A DNA stretch of 63,912 nt, from positions 1 through 63,912 of the forward strand of contig PEYN01000191.1 in NCBI GenBank assembly GCA_002774355.1, read 5' to 3'. This DNA is from Fidelibacterota bacterium CG08_land_8_20_14_0_20_45_22 (GTDB lineage: Bacteria; Fidelibacterota; UBA2242). Made by a program: the position numbers and the translations under genes. Each line of letters opens with the position of its first letter. Positions within the stretch are counted from its first letter, which is position 1. The notes beneath the pieces are model-generated. The model saw nothing but the letters and a program-made list of their open reading frames with translations, had not been told where the DNA came from and did no database searches. Below, piece after piece: positions 32,002-43,431 of the stretch.

Positions 32002-34088
32002 GGATTTGTCTCTTCTGAAATGTTCACGCGGTTGATTCTTCCAATATAGGTTTCCAACGCGGCAATAATTATCGCTATAACTAAGAGGAGAATCGTGTAT
32101 TCGCGATTCAAATTCATCGGTAGGGATTCATTGCCTTGCTCGGCTTCATAAACGGCAATTCTCGATGGCAGGAAATCGCCAATCTCACGGAAATCCCCCT
32201 CATCGAAAAATTCTCCGATACATTCCGACTCTGGAATATTAGCCGCGAATGAAAATACACGCCGATTGCCGGACGCTACTCGATAGATACCCGCTGTGGC
32301 ACAATCGGAAAAACTGAATCCCGAACCTTTGTCTCTCCGTGGATGAATTTCCTTCCCAGTCGGCGTTGCCACGACCAAATTGGTGACGTTCTGAGTTCCC
32401 GCAAATTCAAACCGAACCGTATCGCCGCAGAAATAACTTGTCCGCTGACCGTTTTTCCCAGCCGCGTACAGCGCCGCACGACGGACCAGCGTTGGAAATA
32501 GGCCTGTCAACTGGAAATCGGTCCAATTCGGATTTGGCGCCGTCGCAAAAGTCAGGATGAGTCCGGTTCCTCCGATCGTCTCGATCAGGAACGGGGTTCC
32601 ATCATCGAATCCGGCGAGAATCGTCTGATTCTCGTCCGTCAGAAATCCCGGAACGACAAAGAAGCGCGGCGAGTTTTCCAACCGTTCTTTCTTCTGCCAT
32701 AAATCCCGAAAAACAGGATGCCCGGATTTTAGCGAACCGAGTTTCAAATAAGAATCGCCGGATGATTTTCGCGTATCTCTCCACTTTGGAAGATCGAACG
32801 GCTCCGACCATGTACGATTAAAATTTTCTGGCTGGCAATGTTCGCCAGGAAAGACTATTAATCCGCCACCGCTATCTAAAAAGTTGCCGATATTTTCCCG
32901 AAACGTTTCGGGAATTCTGTCAACATCGCCGAACAAAAGTGCGTCGTATTTCCGAAGATTTTCCGCCGGCAGTTGCGATTCCGTCGTAAACTGGATGTCG
33001 AACCGTGAGCCGTTTTTCGCTTCCAGCGCTTTGATGAAATATCGCGCATCCGATAAATTTTGTCCGATGATCAAAATCCGAATCGAATCCGGAACATTCA
33101 TCACAAAATAGCGTCGGTTATCTAAGGGCAAATCGTCATCCGGCGTTTCAGCAAAACCTGACAAATATCCGGCGCTTTGTGAAGTCCATTCAAACGAGAT
33201 GTCCGCCGAACCACGTCGCGGGACCGAAACAACGCTTTGTCCGACGCGTTCGCCTTCGATAAAAAGCGAAACCGGCGATTCTACGGACCCCGGCGTCCAA
33301 TTCGTCAGAACCGGCCGAATCGTCGCCGATTTGCCCGCTTCGACGATCTGGTCGGGAATTTCGATCCGTGAAATCCCGATGTTATATCCTTCCCGGTTCA
33401 CAGGAAGCAAGAGAAATCGGGCTCCCAGTTTTTCCCGAAAAGGCTGAAGCGGATTAATCGTTGGTACGCTCGTTTGCCATGAACTTTTCTGAAAATCGCT
33501 GGCGATCCAGACGGCGACGGACGCTTCGGGATATTTTTCCATATTCTCCATCACCGTTTGAAGTGCGACATCGAGCTTTGCCGCAAGTGGTTTGATGGAT
33601 AAACCGTCAATTGCGCGCTTCAAATGAGCAGAGTTTTTAACAAACCCAACATCACGTATAACCTTTGGCTCGGTGGCATCGATTAGATGAACCGTGACGG
33701 GAAATTCAATCTCGGAGAACGCTGTTTGAAGGCTGTTTTGAGCAATTTCCAAAAGATTCTGACCTTCGACGGCTTTGCCCATGGAAACAGAACAATCAAG
33801 AATCAGATAAACTATTGTGCCTCGTCGAATTGTAAAATCACCGGCAAAATTCGTTCGATACGGGCGCGCAAATGCCAAAATAATGGATAAGACCAGCAAA
33901 GTCCGAAGAATCAGTAGAATAATCTGGCGCAGTTTGAGTCGCCGAATGACATCGTTTTCCAATTGTTTCAAAAACCGGATAGAACTGAACTCTACGGTCT
34001 GAAACCGCCGACGCCCAAACAGATGGATGATAACGGGAATTGCCGCCAGCGGAAGGAAAAAAAGGAAAAACGGATTAACGAAAGACAT
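31998..34088 (-). CDS. BatA-type N-terminal double-TM domain protein with large extracytoplasmic region
   Basis: 696 aa. The N-terminus MSFVNPFFLFFLPLAAIPVIIHLFGRRR...VEFSSIRFL is the aerotolerance-type double-TM motif. It has a C-terminal TM and a 4-nt overlap with hflX. Confidence 0.7.
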   Translation of the reverse strand: MSFVNPFFLFFLPLAAIPVIIHLFGRRRFQTVEFSSIRFLKQLENDVIRRLKLRQIILLILRTLLVLSIILAFARPYRTNFAGDFTIRRGTIVYLILDCSVSMGKAVEGQNLLEIAQNSLQTAFSEIEFPVTVHLIDATEPKVIRDVGFVKNSAHLKRAIDGLSIKPLAAKLDVALQTVMENMEKYPEASVAVWIASDFQKSSWQTSVPTINPLQPFREKLGARFLLLPVNREGYNIGISRIEIPDQIVEAGKSATIRPVLTNWTPGSVESPVSLFIEGERVGQSVVSVPRRGSADISFEWTSQSAGYLSGFAETPDDDLPLDNRRYFVMNVPDSIRILIIGQNLSDARYFIKALEAKNGSRFDIQFTTESQLPAENLRKYDALLFGDVDRIPETFRENIGNFLDSGGGLIVFPGEHCQPENFNRTWSEPFDLPKWRDTRKSSGDSYLKLGSLKSGHPVFRDLWQKKERLENSPRFFVVPGFLTDENQTILAGFDDGTPFLIETIGGTGLILTFATAPNPNWTDFQLTGLFPTLVRRAALYAAGKNGQRTSYFCGDTVRFEFAGTQNVTNLVVATPTGKEIHPRRDKGSGFSFSDCATAGIYRVASGNRRVFSFAANIPESECIGEFFDEGDFREIGDFLPSRIAVYEAEQGNESLPMNLNREYTILLLVIAIIIAALETYIGRINRVNISEETNP

Positions 34089-34113
34089 GAACAGCCAACC
34101 GATTCACCACTGT

Positions 34114-34698
34114 TTATCTCATTAAAGCGTCCATGAGTATGCTTCCGATCAACGGAATAGTAATATTATCGTCGAATTTCCACGACATCAATTCTACCAA
34201 GCTCGTTGCAACCGCTCCAACGGCTTTTACCCAAAACGGAACGCCGGGAATCCAAAAAGTTACTAAGAGCCCGGACAGAACAAACGCGAGCGAACCTTCC
34301 AGCGTCTTGTTATGAATAAGACGGATTTTACCGAAAGCCATCCCGATAAGAGCCGCTGATGGATCGCCTATCGTTAGAAAGAAAAGAGAAATCGTCGCAA
34401 TTTCTTTCGGAAAAAAGTAAATCACGATCAAACTGCCAAGAAACACGTAACTCGCTCCGGTTAAGTAATTCTCCTTCTCATGCGGCCGAACCATCCAACC
34501 GAATATCTTAACATAGAGCCGTTTGCATGATGGAATTGTCATGCGTAAAACTTCGGCGACGAGGATGATCAGCGTCATCAATCCGATGACGATCAGACCG
34601 GTTTTCCTTGGAAAAAAAAGACAATAGAGTAAAGGAATGAGCGAGGAAATGTAGTGTATCGCTTTTCTGGCTAATTCGCCTTCGTAAACTTTATTCAT
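34114..34698 (-). CDS. polyprenol/diacylglycerol kinase-like membrane protein (CTP-dependent kinase family)
   Basis: 194 aa, polytopic. LTIGDPSAALIGMAFGK....KTLEGSLAF resembles the phytol/dolichol kinase and CdsA-like motif. Confidence 0.6.
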   Translation of the reverse strand: MNKVYEGELARKAIHYISSLIPLLYCLFFPRKTGLIVIGLMTLIILVAEVLRMTIPSCKRLYVKIFGWMVRPHEKENYLTGASYVFLGSLIVIYFFPKEIATISLFFLTIGDPSAALIGMAFGKIRLIHNKTLEGSLAFVLSGLLVTFWIPGVPFWVKAVGAVATSLVELMSWKFDDNITIPLIGSILMDALMR

Positions 34699-35351
34699 GC
34701 TTTGGCTTTTTTGCTAAGGGTTGTAAAAGCACGCGCGGGATCAGATTCGCCGAAAACGGCTTTACCGGCAACTAACAGATCCGCACCAGCGGAAACCGCA
34801 ACAGCGAGCGTTTCCAAGTTGATGCCACCATCTACTTCTATCAGAAAACCATGTTTTTGCGAAGCGGATTTTGCCAGCCTGACCTTTTCCAGCGCGCTTT
34901 GAATCATTTTTTGTCCTCCGAAACCGGGATTTACCGTCATCACCAACAAATGATCGATCATTGACAAGAACGGTTCAACGTCTAAAAACGGCGTCGGAGG
35001 ATTGATCACCAATCCCGCCCGCGCTCCCAACGACCGGATTCTTTCCAATTCGTTCGGAATGTCCTTTGTCGATTCGACGTGAATGATGACGGTATCACTT
35101 CCGGCGTTAACAAACTGTTGAATATATTTTTCTGGATTCTCAATCATCAGATGAGATTCGAGATGAAGCGTAGTAATTTTTCGGATTGCGGAAACGATGA
35201 ACGGGCCGATGGTGATATTCGGAACAAAATGGCCGTCCATAACATCGAGATGGAGACGTTTGGCTCCGGCGGATTCCACAAGACGAATCTGCTGTTCAAG
35301 ATTCGCAAAATCGGCGGAAAGCAACGAGGGAACGATTTGAATCATCCGCAT
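34695..35351 (-). CDS. rpe: ribulose-phosphate 3-epimerase
   Basis: 218 aa with HLDVMDGHFVPN, MTVNPGFGGQ and VDGGI. Confidence 0.95.
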   Translation of the reverse strand: MRMIQIVPSLLSADFANLEQQIRLVESAGAKRLHLDVMDGHFVPNITIGPFIVSAIRKITTLHLESHLMIENPEKYIQQFVNAGSDTVIIHVESTKDIPNELERIRSLGARAGLVINPPTPFLDVEPFLSMIDHLLVMTVNPGFGGQKMIQSALEKVRLAKSASQKHGFLIEVDGGINLETLAVAVSAGADLLVAGKAVFGESDPARAFTTLSKKAKA

Positions 35352-35352
35352 T

Positions 35353-36096
35353 TTATTCTTCTCGACCTATCGTTGTCACATCCAAATTAATCAAAATCGG
35401 ATTGTCCATCAATTTACCGGCTTCCGGTTTTTGTCCGATCACGGTATATGGCGTTAAATCCGGATTCTGGATGTATCGGATTTTACCTATTTGATGTCCT
35501 GCTTTTCTGATAATTTTTTTAGCTTCGTCGAGATTCAATCCGAACAGGTCGGGAACTTCTAATTGTTTGTCCGGCGCACCTTTACTGACCGTCAACCAAA
35601 TATGTGTATTCGTCGAGATCATCAGTCCGGGCGAAATCGATTGCGCACTGACCACACCGACGGGTTTGTCGGATGAAAATTGAGACACGACGGAATCAAC
35701 GGTTATGCCCCAACGGTCTAACTCCAGATCGGCGGCTTTCAAAACTTTCCCAATCAATTTCGGCATTGGGAAATAGCGTTCGCCGCCTGAAATAATCAGT
35801 TTGACAATTCGTCCTTTCTTCACCTTATAACCAGCAGGCGGTTGCTGATCGATAACCGTTTGCGGCGGGAAGTCAGAATTTTCCAGCGTATCGCTCACAA
35901 CCGATTCGAAGCCGTTGCTTTCCAGAATCGCTCTGGCTTCCGGCAGAGGCTTGTACCGAACGTCGAGTAGTTCATATTCCCTTCCATGCCGGACGTAAAG
36001 CGGCAGGATGAGTTTGTCCATCAGTACACTAAAAATGACTGTGAAGATTGCAAATGCCGCGAGAAACCGTAATAAATTTTTTGTGTGAATCCTCAT
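35353..36096 (-). CDS. membrane-anchored triple-PASTA domain protein without kinase or PBP domain
   Basis: 247 aa with one N-terminal TM, then three PASTA repeats (...PEARAILESNGF...VIDQQPPAGYKVKKGRIVKLIIS; ...LKAADLELDRWGI...; VPDLFGLNLDEAKKIIRKAGH...VIGQKPEAG...). Confidence 0.8.
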   Translation of the reverse strand: MRIHTKNLLRFLAAFAIFTVIFSVLMDKLILPLYVRHGREYELLDVRYKPLPEARAILESNGFESVVSDTLENSDFPPQTVIDQQPPAGYKVKKGRIVKLIISGGERYFPMPKLIGKVLKAADLELDRWGITVDSVVSQFSSDKPVGVVSAQSISPGLMISTNTHIWLTVSKGAPDKQLEVPDLFGLNLDEAKKIIRKAGHQIGKIRYIQNPDLTPYTVIGQKPEAGKLMDNPILINLDVTTIGREE

Positions 36097-36117
36097 ATTT
36101 TTATCCTAAAAACCAAT

Positions 36118-37464
36118 TCATTTTTCCTGCGATGTTCCGGACGAAGCTTTGTTCAGACGAACGGCAAAACTACCAGTAAATCCATGACGATGTGGAAAAA
36201 TCTGAACGGCGCCAGAATCGTCGCAATACGTCCTCTCAACCCATTTTTGCGCTGGCTGAACGGAAAATTCAGGATGGCTAGTCAAAAACTCACGAACGAT
36301 ATTCCAATTTTCTTCAGGCTCCAGACTGCATGTACTGTAAACAAGCGCTCCGCCAATGCGGACAAATTTTGACATATTTTCAAGAATCTTTATCTGTAAA
36401 TAGCACACCTGCTTCATGTGATGAGCCGTTCGGTTCCAGCGCAAATCTGCTCGCCTTGACAAAACGCCTGTGCCGGTGCAAGGGGCGTCGATCAACACTT
36501 TATCTGCTTCTGGAAACGCATCACGGCTCGCATCCGCCACACGATAATTTATCGAATCAATTCCTAAGCGGAAGCACTCATTTTTCACAAGCTCCAATTT
36601 CTGTTCATTGATGTCAGATGCGTAAACGGTGGAACGATTGCCAGTCAACTGGGCGATCAGAGTCGATTTTCCACCCGGAGCGGCACAGACATCAATAATC
36701 GTTTCGCCTTCTTTCGGAGAAAGTAATAGAACGGCGAGCGCCTGATTGTAATCCTGAACCGAACAACCGCCTTCCCTGAAAAAGTCGCTTTTCAGCAAAA
36801 TACCGGGACGATTGACCGAAAAGAAGTGGATTGGTTTTTCTGAAATAATCTTCACCGTTTGTTTCTGACGCGCCAGTCGTTCCTCCGTCATACTCCAAGA
36901 AAAACGGATAGGATTGTGACGGAAGCAAATCGGCTGATAAGAATTATCAAATTCAAGGATTTGGCGGGTCGATTCCTCGTCAAAATTGGCGATCCAACGT
37001 TTCACCAACCAATTTGGATGCGAAAACTCAATGCCGAGCCGCTCGGTTTCATCGGTAATTCTACTCAGCGATTTTCGCCAATCAGTCTCTTCGGGCAAAT
37101 TTCTCAACACAGCATTTATCAATGGAACGAGGTCGGGGCGTTTCAACTCCTTGGCGGCTTCGACAGTTTCATAGACAAGCGCGTGCGGCGGTGTTTTCAA
37201 CACGACAAACTGAAAGGCGCCAACGCGCAATAAGTGAATTGCCGTCATTTCGATCTGGCTAAATTGGCGATTCAGCGAAAAGGTTAAAATATAGTCCAAA
37301 AGTCTGCGATATTGTATAACACCCTTGACGAGTGCGTAAATAAAATCGCGGTCTTCTTGAGAAAATTCGATAGTCGATATAAATTCTGAAACGCGTGTCT
37401 CAAAATCGGACGGGCGCCTATGAAGCGAGTTAAGGATTTCTACGGCGGCGGTTCGGGCTTTCAT
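36118..37464 (-). CDS. rsmB: 16S rRNA (cytosine967-C5)-methyltransferase
   Basis: 448 aa with a NusB-like N-domain, SAM site DVCAAPGGKS, DAPCTGTG and YSTCSL. Confidence 0.9.
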   Translation of the reverse strand: MKARTAAVEILNSLHRRPSDFETRVSEFISTIEFSQEDRDFIYALVKGVIQYRRLLDYILTFSLNRQFSQIEMTAIHLLRVGAFQFVVLKTPPHALVYETVEAAKELKRPDLVPLINAVLRNLPEETDWRKSLSRITDETERLGIEFSHPNWLVKRWIANFDEESTRQILEFDNSYQPICFRHNPIRFSWSMTEERLARQKQTVKIISEKPIHFFSVNRPGILLKSDFFREGGCSVQDYNQALAVLLLSPKEGETIIDVCAAPGGKSTLIAQLTGNRSTVYASDINEQKLELVKNECFRLGIDSINYRVADASRDAFPEADKVLIDAPCTGTGVLSRRADLRWNRTAHHMKQVCYLQIKILENMSKFVRIGGALVYSTCSLEPEENWNIVREFLTSHPEFSVQPAQKWVERTYCDDSGAVQIFPHRHGFTGSFAVRLNKASSGTSQEK

Positions 37465-38390
37465 CTGGAAAATATATCTCCAACTTTTCCCTGATACCCT
37501 CGCAGGAATTCATCGATCGAAAGCGGTTTTTTCCCTTCCGATTGAACTTCCTTGGGAAACAAAATTCCGTCGCCGGTTTGAATTCCCAACCAATTTTTCT
37601 TGCGGATTACGATGGCGCCGTGAGTTTTAGAATTGCCCCCGGATTTAGCGACCGCCGACAAAAACTTGATGCGTTTCTTCCCAAAAAAGGAATACGCGCC
37701 GGGCGTGGGCGAAAGTCCGTGAATTAGATTCTTGATAGACAGGGCACCTTTTCTCCAGTCGATTTCGCCCATTTCGGGGAAAATTTTCGGCGCCTGTGTA
37801 GCCAATTCATGTCTCTGCGGTATCGGCTCGAGACGTTTTTCTTCGATCTCGTTTACAACGCGCACGAGTGACTCACCCCCCAAACAGGACAGTTTTTCAT
37901 AGAGCATGCCGAATGTGTCCTCCGGTAAAATGGCTGTTTTCTTCTGAAAAAGAATATCACCGGTATCGACACGCGCCTGAAGACGGAAAATCGTCAACCC
38001 GGTTTCTTTCTCGCCGTTAATAATCGCCCAGTTGATCGGAGCCGCACCGCGATATTTCGGGAGAAGCGAGGCGTGTAAATTAATCGCGCCATAACGCGGA
38101 ATTTCCAGCAAATCGACCGGCAAAATGCGAAATGCGACAACGATGAACAGGTCGGCATTCAGATCTTTCATCTGCCTAATAAAATCCGGAGATTTTAAAT
38201 CCGGCGGCTGAAAAACCGGCAAATTGAGTTCCTTCGCTAAAGTTTTGACAGGCGTTTCCTGAACGATGAGTCCGCGTCCTTTTTCAGCATCCATAGCGGT
38301 CACAACGGCAAGAATCTGATGGCGCGATTCGGCGAGCGTTTTCAGCGATGGAAGAGCAAATTCGGGCGTTCCCATGAAGACGATTTTCAT
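37461..38390 (-). CDS. fmt: methionyl-tRNA formyltransferase
   Basis: It has MKIVFMGTPEFALPSL and NLHASLLPKYRGAAPI. The start was moved from 38432, which lies inside def, to 38390. Confidence 0.93.
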   Translation of the reverse strand: MKIVFMGTPEFALPSLKTLAESRHQILAVVTAMDAEKGRGLIVQETPVKTLAKELNLPVFQPPDLKSPDFIRQMKDLNADLFIVVAFRILPVDLLEIPRYGAINLHASLLPKYRGAAPINWAIINGEKETGLTIFRLQARVDTGDILFQKKTAILPEDTFGMLYEKLSCLGGESLVRVVNEIEEKRLEPIPQRHELATQAPKIFPEMGEIDWRKGALSIKNLIHGLSPTPGAYSFFGKKRIKFLSAVAKSGGNSKTHGAIVIRKKNWLGIQTGDGILFPKEVQSEGKKPLSIDEFLRGYQGKVGDIFSR

Positions 38391-38397
38391 ACCGATA

Positions 38398-38934
38398 TTA
38401 TCCAACCTGAATCGTGATTCCTTTTTTAGCATCTGCTGCCATGCGTTTTAATTTGGAAGCGATAAAACTCCGCTTTAACTGGCTGATGCGATCGACGATG
38501 TATATTCCATTCAGATGGTCTGTCTCGTGTTGAACAACCCGCGCAAAATAACCGGAAAATTCTTCGACATGAACATTCCGTTCGACGTCTTCATAGCGAA
38601 CCTTGACTTTCTCGGCACGGGTAACATCTGCGTAGATTTCTGGAATGCTGAGACAGCCTTCCTCAGCGACGACTTCGCCTTGACGTTCGAGAATTTCCGG
38701 ATTGATAAAAACCATTTTCTTACCGTTCTCATCTTTTAAAGAAAAATCGGCGATAAAAAAGTCCAACGGGATTCCGACCTGATTGGCTGAAAGCCCAATG
38801 CCGTTATCGGCATACATCGTCTCGAACATATCATCGATAATTTTCGAAAAATCCGGCGGAATCAGCGCTTTGACATTAGCAGTCTTGTGACTGAGAACGG
38901 GACTCCCGTACAGTTGAATTCTGAAGAGAGACAT
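38398..38934 (-). CDS. def: peptide deformylase
   Basis: 178 aa carrying the three motifs GIGLSANQVG, EGCLSIP and HETDHLNG. Confidence 0.95.
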   Translation of the reverse strand: MSLFRIQLYGSPVLSHKTANVKALIPPDFSKIIDDMFETMYADNGIGLSANQVGIPLDFFIADFSLKDENGKKMVFINPEILERQGEVVAEEGCLSIPEIYADVTRAEKVKVRYEDVERNVHVEEFSGYFARVVQHETDHLNGIYIVDRISQLKRSFIASKLKRMAADAKKGITIQVG

Positions 38935-38939
38935 AGGCG

Positions 38940-39275
38940 TTACGATGCCATTTTTTCAGGCGTTTTGTCGGCGACTGCGGAACGAGCAACCGTAATTTTT
39001 ACGTCTTTGGCGATTTTAACGATCAGGATCCCTTCCTTTTCGCGAACGCCTTCGATTTTGCCATAAATACCGCCGATCGTTAGAATATCGTCTCCCGGCT
39101 TCAATTCCTGGAGCATTTTCTGCTTTTCTTTTTGCTTTTTCGCCTGCGGACGAATCATCAGAAGATACATCACAACGATAATTAACAGAAACGGCAAAAG
39201 AGACAAAAGCGGATTGCCTCCTTGACCGCCTTGCGCCTGACCGGCTCCACCCATTGCATAAAGTATTGAATTCAC
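38940..39275 (-). CDS. yajC: preprotein translocase subunit YajC
   Basis: 111 aa with a single TM followed by MIRPQAKKQKE...LKPGDDILTIGGIYGKI. Confidence 0.88.
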   Translation of the reverse strand: MNSILYAMGGAGQAQGGQGGNPLLSLLPFLLIIVVMYLLMIRPQAKKQKEKQKMLQELKPGDDILTIGGIYGKIEGVREKEGILIVKIAKDVKITVARSAVADKTPEKMAS

Positions 39276-39308
39276 ATTACCTCCATTTTTATTGACTGTT
39301 AATATAAC

Positions 39309-40877
39309 TCAATCGACCCGAAAATGGCAACCGCGACTTCCTTTGTGCAAAGTGGCGGCATGTAAAACCAACATCGCCGTAGTGGCGGCGTTTCGGAGTC
39401 CCAATAAATCATCATTTAACTGACTGTGTGCATAAAATTGATCGATGTCCTGTTTCAATCGATACAGAATTCCATAGGCGCGTTCTAATTTTTTCGCATT
39501 CCGAACAATACCGACATAATTCCACATCGTATGCTTCAGCGTCAAGCGGTCCTGTTGTAAAAGGTCGGGATCGAGCGGTTCGTATTCGACTTTCCATTTG
39601 GCGACCTGCGGCATGATAATTTTGTCTTGCCGAATCCGGTCAACACAATCACGTCCGGCAAGCGTCCCAAAAACCAGACATTCAAGAAGTGAACTGCTGG
39701 CAAGCCGGTTCGCGCCATGTAAACCGGTGCAAGCGACTTCTCCAACAGCTTTCAGACGATGAATCGTCGTATTTGCCTGCATGTCGGTTGCAACGCCACC
39801 GCATTCGTAATGAGCCGCAGGAACGACCGGAATTCCTTCTTTGGTAATATCAACTTTCACTTCGAGACATTTTTGATAAATAATCGGGAACCGGCGTTTG
39901 ATCCAGTCGGCATCCCGATGTGTAATGTCGAGAAGAACATACGGCGTTCCGGTATTACTCATTTCTTGAATGATGCTTCGCGCAACGATATCTCGCGGTG
40001 CGAGCGAACCCGCTGGATCGTATCGCTTCATAAAATCCTCTCCGGAATTGTTCCGAAGAACTCCACCTTCGCCGCGCATGGCTTCTGTGATTAAAAACCG
40101 CTCACTGTTATTGGAAAAAAGTGTCGTTGGATGAAATTGTACATATTCCATGTTCATAATGCGCGCGCCAGCCCTGTAAGCCATCGCGTAGCCGTCGCCT
40201 CTCGCATGATGCGGATTAGACGAATGCAGGTAAAGCCGACCCAATCCACCAGTTGCCAAAATCGTCTGCTTCGCGAAAATCGAACGCACTTCATTTTCTT
40301 TATGAAAATAGATATAAGCACCCGCGCAGGTGCTCGGTTCATAAATATGAGATTGATTCAGCGAATGATGCGCTAACGTGATCAGATCGACCGCGCTCGC
40401 GGAAGTTAGGACTTCGACATTTTCCAATGAACGGATTTTTTGATAAAACAACTCCTGAATCGCCTTACCGGTGTGATCTTCCACGTAAGCAATTCGTGGG
40501 ATTGAATGCGAAGCCTCCTTTGTCAGCGCTATTTTTCCGTCATCCGTTCGATTAAACGGAATCTGGAGATCGTCGATGAGAATTTGTTCGATGAATTCCG
40601 GACCGTATCGATAAATCTGCCTGACTGCCTGCTCGTTAACGATTCCGGCGCCAGCCCGTTGAAAATCTTCCAGCAAGTTCTCGAACGACTCATTTTCACC
40701 GCGATAAATAATTCCACCCTGGGCATAATAAGATGATGACTCGGTAAATTCGTCTTGGCAAGTTATCAAAACGACCTTCAGCCCTGCCTTCTGCGCCGCG
40801 AAAGTCGCCGCACAACCGGCTAATCCGGCGCCAATCACCAACACGTCTGTTTCACGAAAAGGTGTATCTGGATTCAT
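39309..40877 (-). CDS. nadB: L-aspartate oxidase
   Basis: 522 aa with FAD loop DVLVIGAGLAGC, AAHYECGGV and GLHGANRLASSSLLE. Confidence 0.93.
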   Translation of the reverse strand: MNPDTPFRETDVLVIGAGLAGCAATFAAQKAGLKVVLITCQDEFTESSSYYAQGGIIYRGENESFENLLEDFQRAGAGIVNEQAVRQIYRYGPEFIEQILIDDLQIPFNRTDDGKIALTKEASHSIPRIAYVEDHTGKAIQELFYQKIRSLENVEVLTSASAVDLITLAHHSLNQSHIYEPSTCAGAYIYFHKENEVRSIFAKQTILATGGLGRLYLHSSNPHHARGDGYAMAYRAGARIMNMEYVQFHPTTLFSNNSERFLITEAMRGEGGVLRNNSGEDFMKRYDPAGSLAPRDIVARSIIQEMSNTGTPYVLLDITHRDADWIKRRFPIIYQKCLEVKVDITKEGIPVVPAAHYECGGVATDMQANTTIHRLKAVGEVACTGLHGANRLASSSLLECLVFGTLAGRDCVDRIRQDKIIMPQVAKWKVEYEPLDPDLLQQDRLTLKHTMWNYVGIVRNAKKLERAYGILYRLKQDIDQFYAHSQLNDDLLGLRNAATTAMLVLHAATLHKGSRGCHFRVD

Positions 40878-41962
40878 GCCAACTCCAACATGCGATTCAC
40901 AGCCGCCAACGCGTCTTCCCTGTATTCGTCATCAACAAAAACTTGATTGATCAGATTGCCCTTCGCCAAATTCTCCAACATGTAGAGTAAATGAACGGCG
41001 GTTGTCTGAGACATCGTGACGCAGAATGGCTCGTAATATTGTAAAAAGACGATCCTTTTGGGGGGAAAACGATTCTTCAACCGGTTCACTAAATTCTTTT
41101 CCGTACCGACGCCCCAATGCGTTCTGTCTGGGCTCTCGGAAATCTTTCGAATGATATAATCCGTGCTTCCGACGAAATCGGAACTTTGCACAACCTCGAA
41201 ATTGCATTCCGGATGCGAAATGATTTGAATGGCGGGGTCCTCTTTGCGAAGCAAATCGATCTGCTCTTTACTGAATTCCTGATGCACACAACAGAAACCG
41301 TTCCAGAGAATCAATCGCGATGCTTCAATGTCAGTTTTTGAGTGTCCCCCGAACGGCTTTTCCTGATTCCATACTAAAATCTGCTCCAGCGGAACGCCCA
41401 TCCGATAAGCGGTATTCAGTCCGAGAAACTGATCCGGGAAGAAGAAAATCCGCTCGCCGCGCGACCATGCCCATTCCAGCGCTTTTTGGGCGTTCGACGA
41501 GGTGCAGACAATGCCGTCGTTCCTTCCACAGAAGGCTTTCAGTTCGACGCTAGAGTTGATGTATGTGATTGGAATCGTTTTTTTCTGACTGAAAAAGTGG
41601 ATTTTGCGCCAGGCTTTTTCGACTTGATCGATATTCGCCATATCGGCGAGCGAACATCCGGCTGTCACGTCCGGCATGAAGACTTTTTGTTCCGGCGTCG
41701 TGATGATGTCGGCGGTTTCAGCCATAAAATGCACGCCACAAAAAACGATAAACTTCGCCGAAGTCTGCGCAGCTTTTTTCGACAATCCGAAAGAATCGCC
41801 GACCGCGTCCGCATAGCGAAGCACTTCATCGCGTTGGTAGTGATGACCCAGAATGAACAGCGAGTCACCGAGCGCCGATTTTACGGTTTGAATCCGCTCA
41901 TCGACCTCTTTGTCTGTCAACGTGAAATATTCTTCAGGCGAGAAAGAAACATTTATATCCAT
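40874..41962 (-). CDS. nadA: quinolinate synthase
   Basis: 362 aa with ILGHHYQRDEV and FCGVHFMAETADI. It has a 4-nt overlap with nadB. Confidence 0.9.
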   Translation of the reverse strand: MDINVSFSPEEYFTLTDKEVDERIQTVKSALGDSLFILGHHYQRDEVLRYADAVGDSFGLSKKAAQTSAKFIVFCGVHFMAETADIITTPEQKVFMPDVTAGCSLADMANIDQVEKAWRKIHFFSQKKTIPITYINSSVELKAFCGRNDGIVCTSSNAQKALEWAWSRGERIFFFPDQFLGLNTAYRMGVPLEQILVWNQEKPFGGHSKTDIEASRLILWNGFCCVHQEFSKEQIDLLRKEDPAIQIISHPECNFEVVQSSDFVGSTDYIIRKISESPDRTHWGVGTEKNLVNRLKNRFPPKRIVFLQYYEPFCVTMSQTTAVHLLYMLENLAKGNLINQVFVDDEYREDALAAVNRMLELA

Positions 41963-42035
41963 TAAACCGATTGCCTTTTTAATTCCGGTTAGTTTCTAAC
42001 GAGTTCCAAATACTGTCAAATTTCATCGCCATAAC

Positions 42036-43262
<1,227 letters not shown>

Positions 43263-43431
43263 TTAACCGCGGAGCACGCAGAGAGCGCAGGGAACAGGAA
43301 TAATTCTTTAATAGCCACTTTAACCACGAACTTATTCCTATTTTCCAACGACTTTTCCACAAATCCAACAATCCTAATCAACCGAATCAAACCTAATCCT
43401 ACTGAATCTTCCTATCAAACCTATTCAACCC

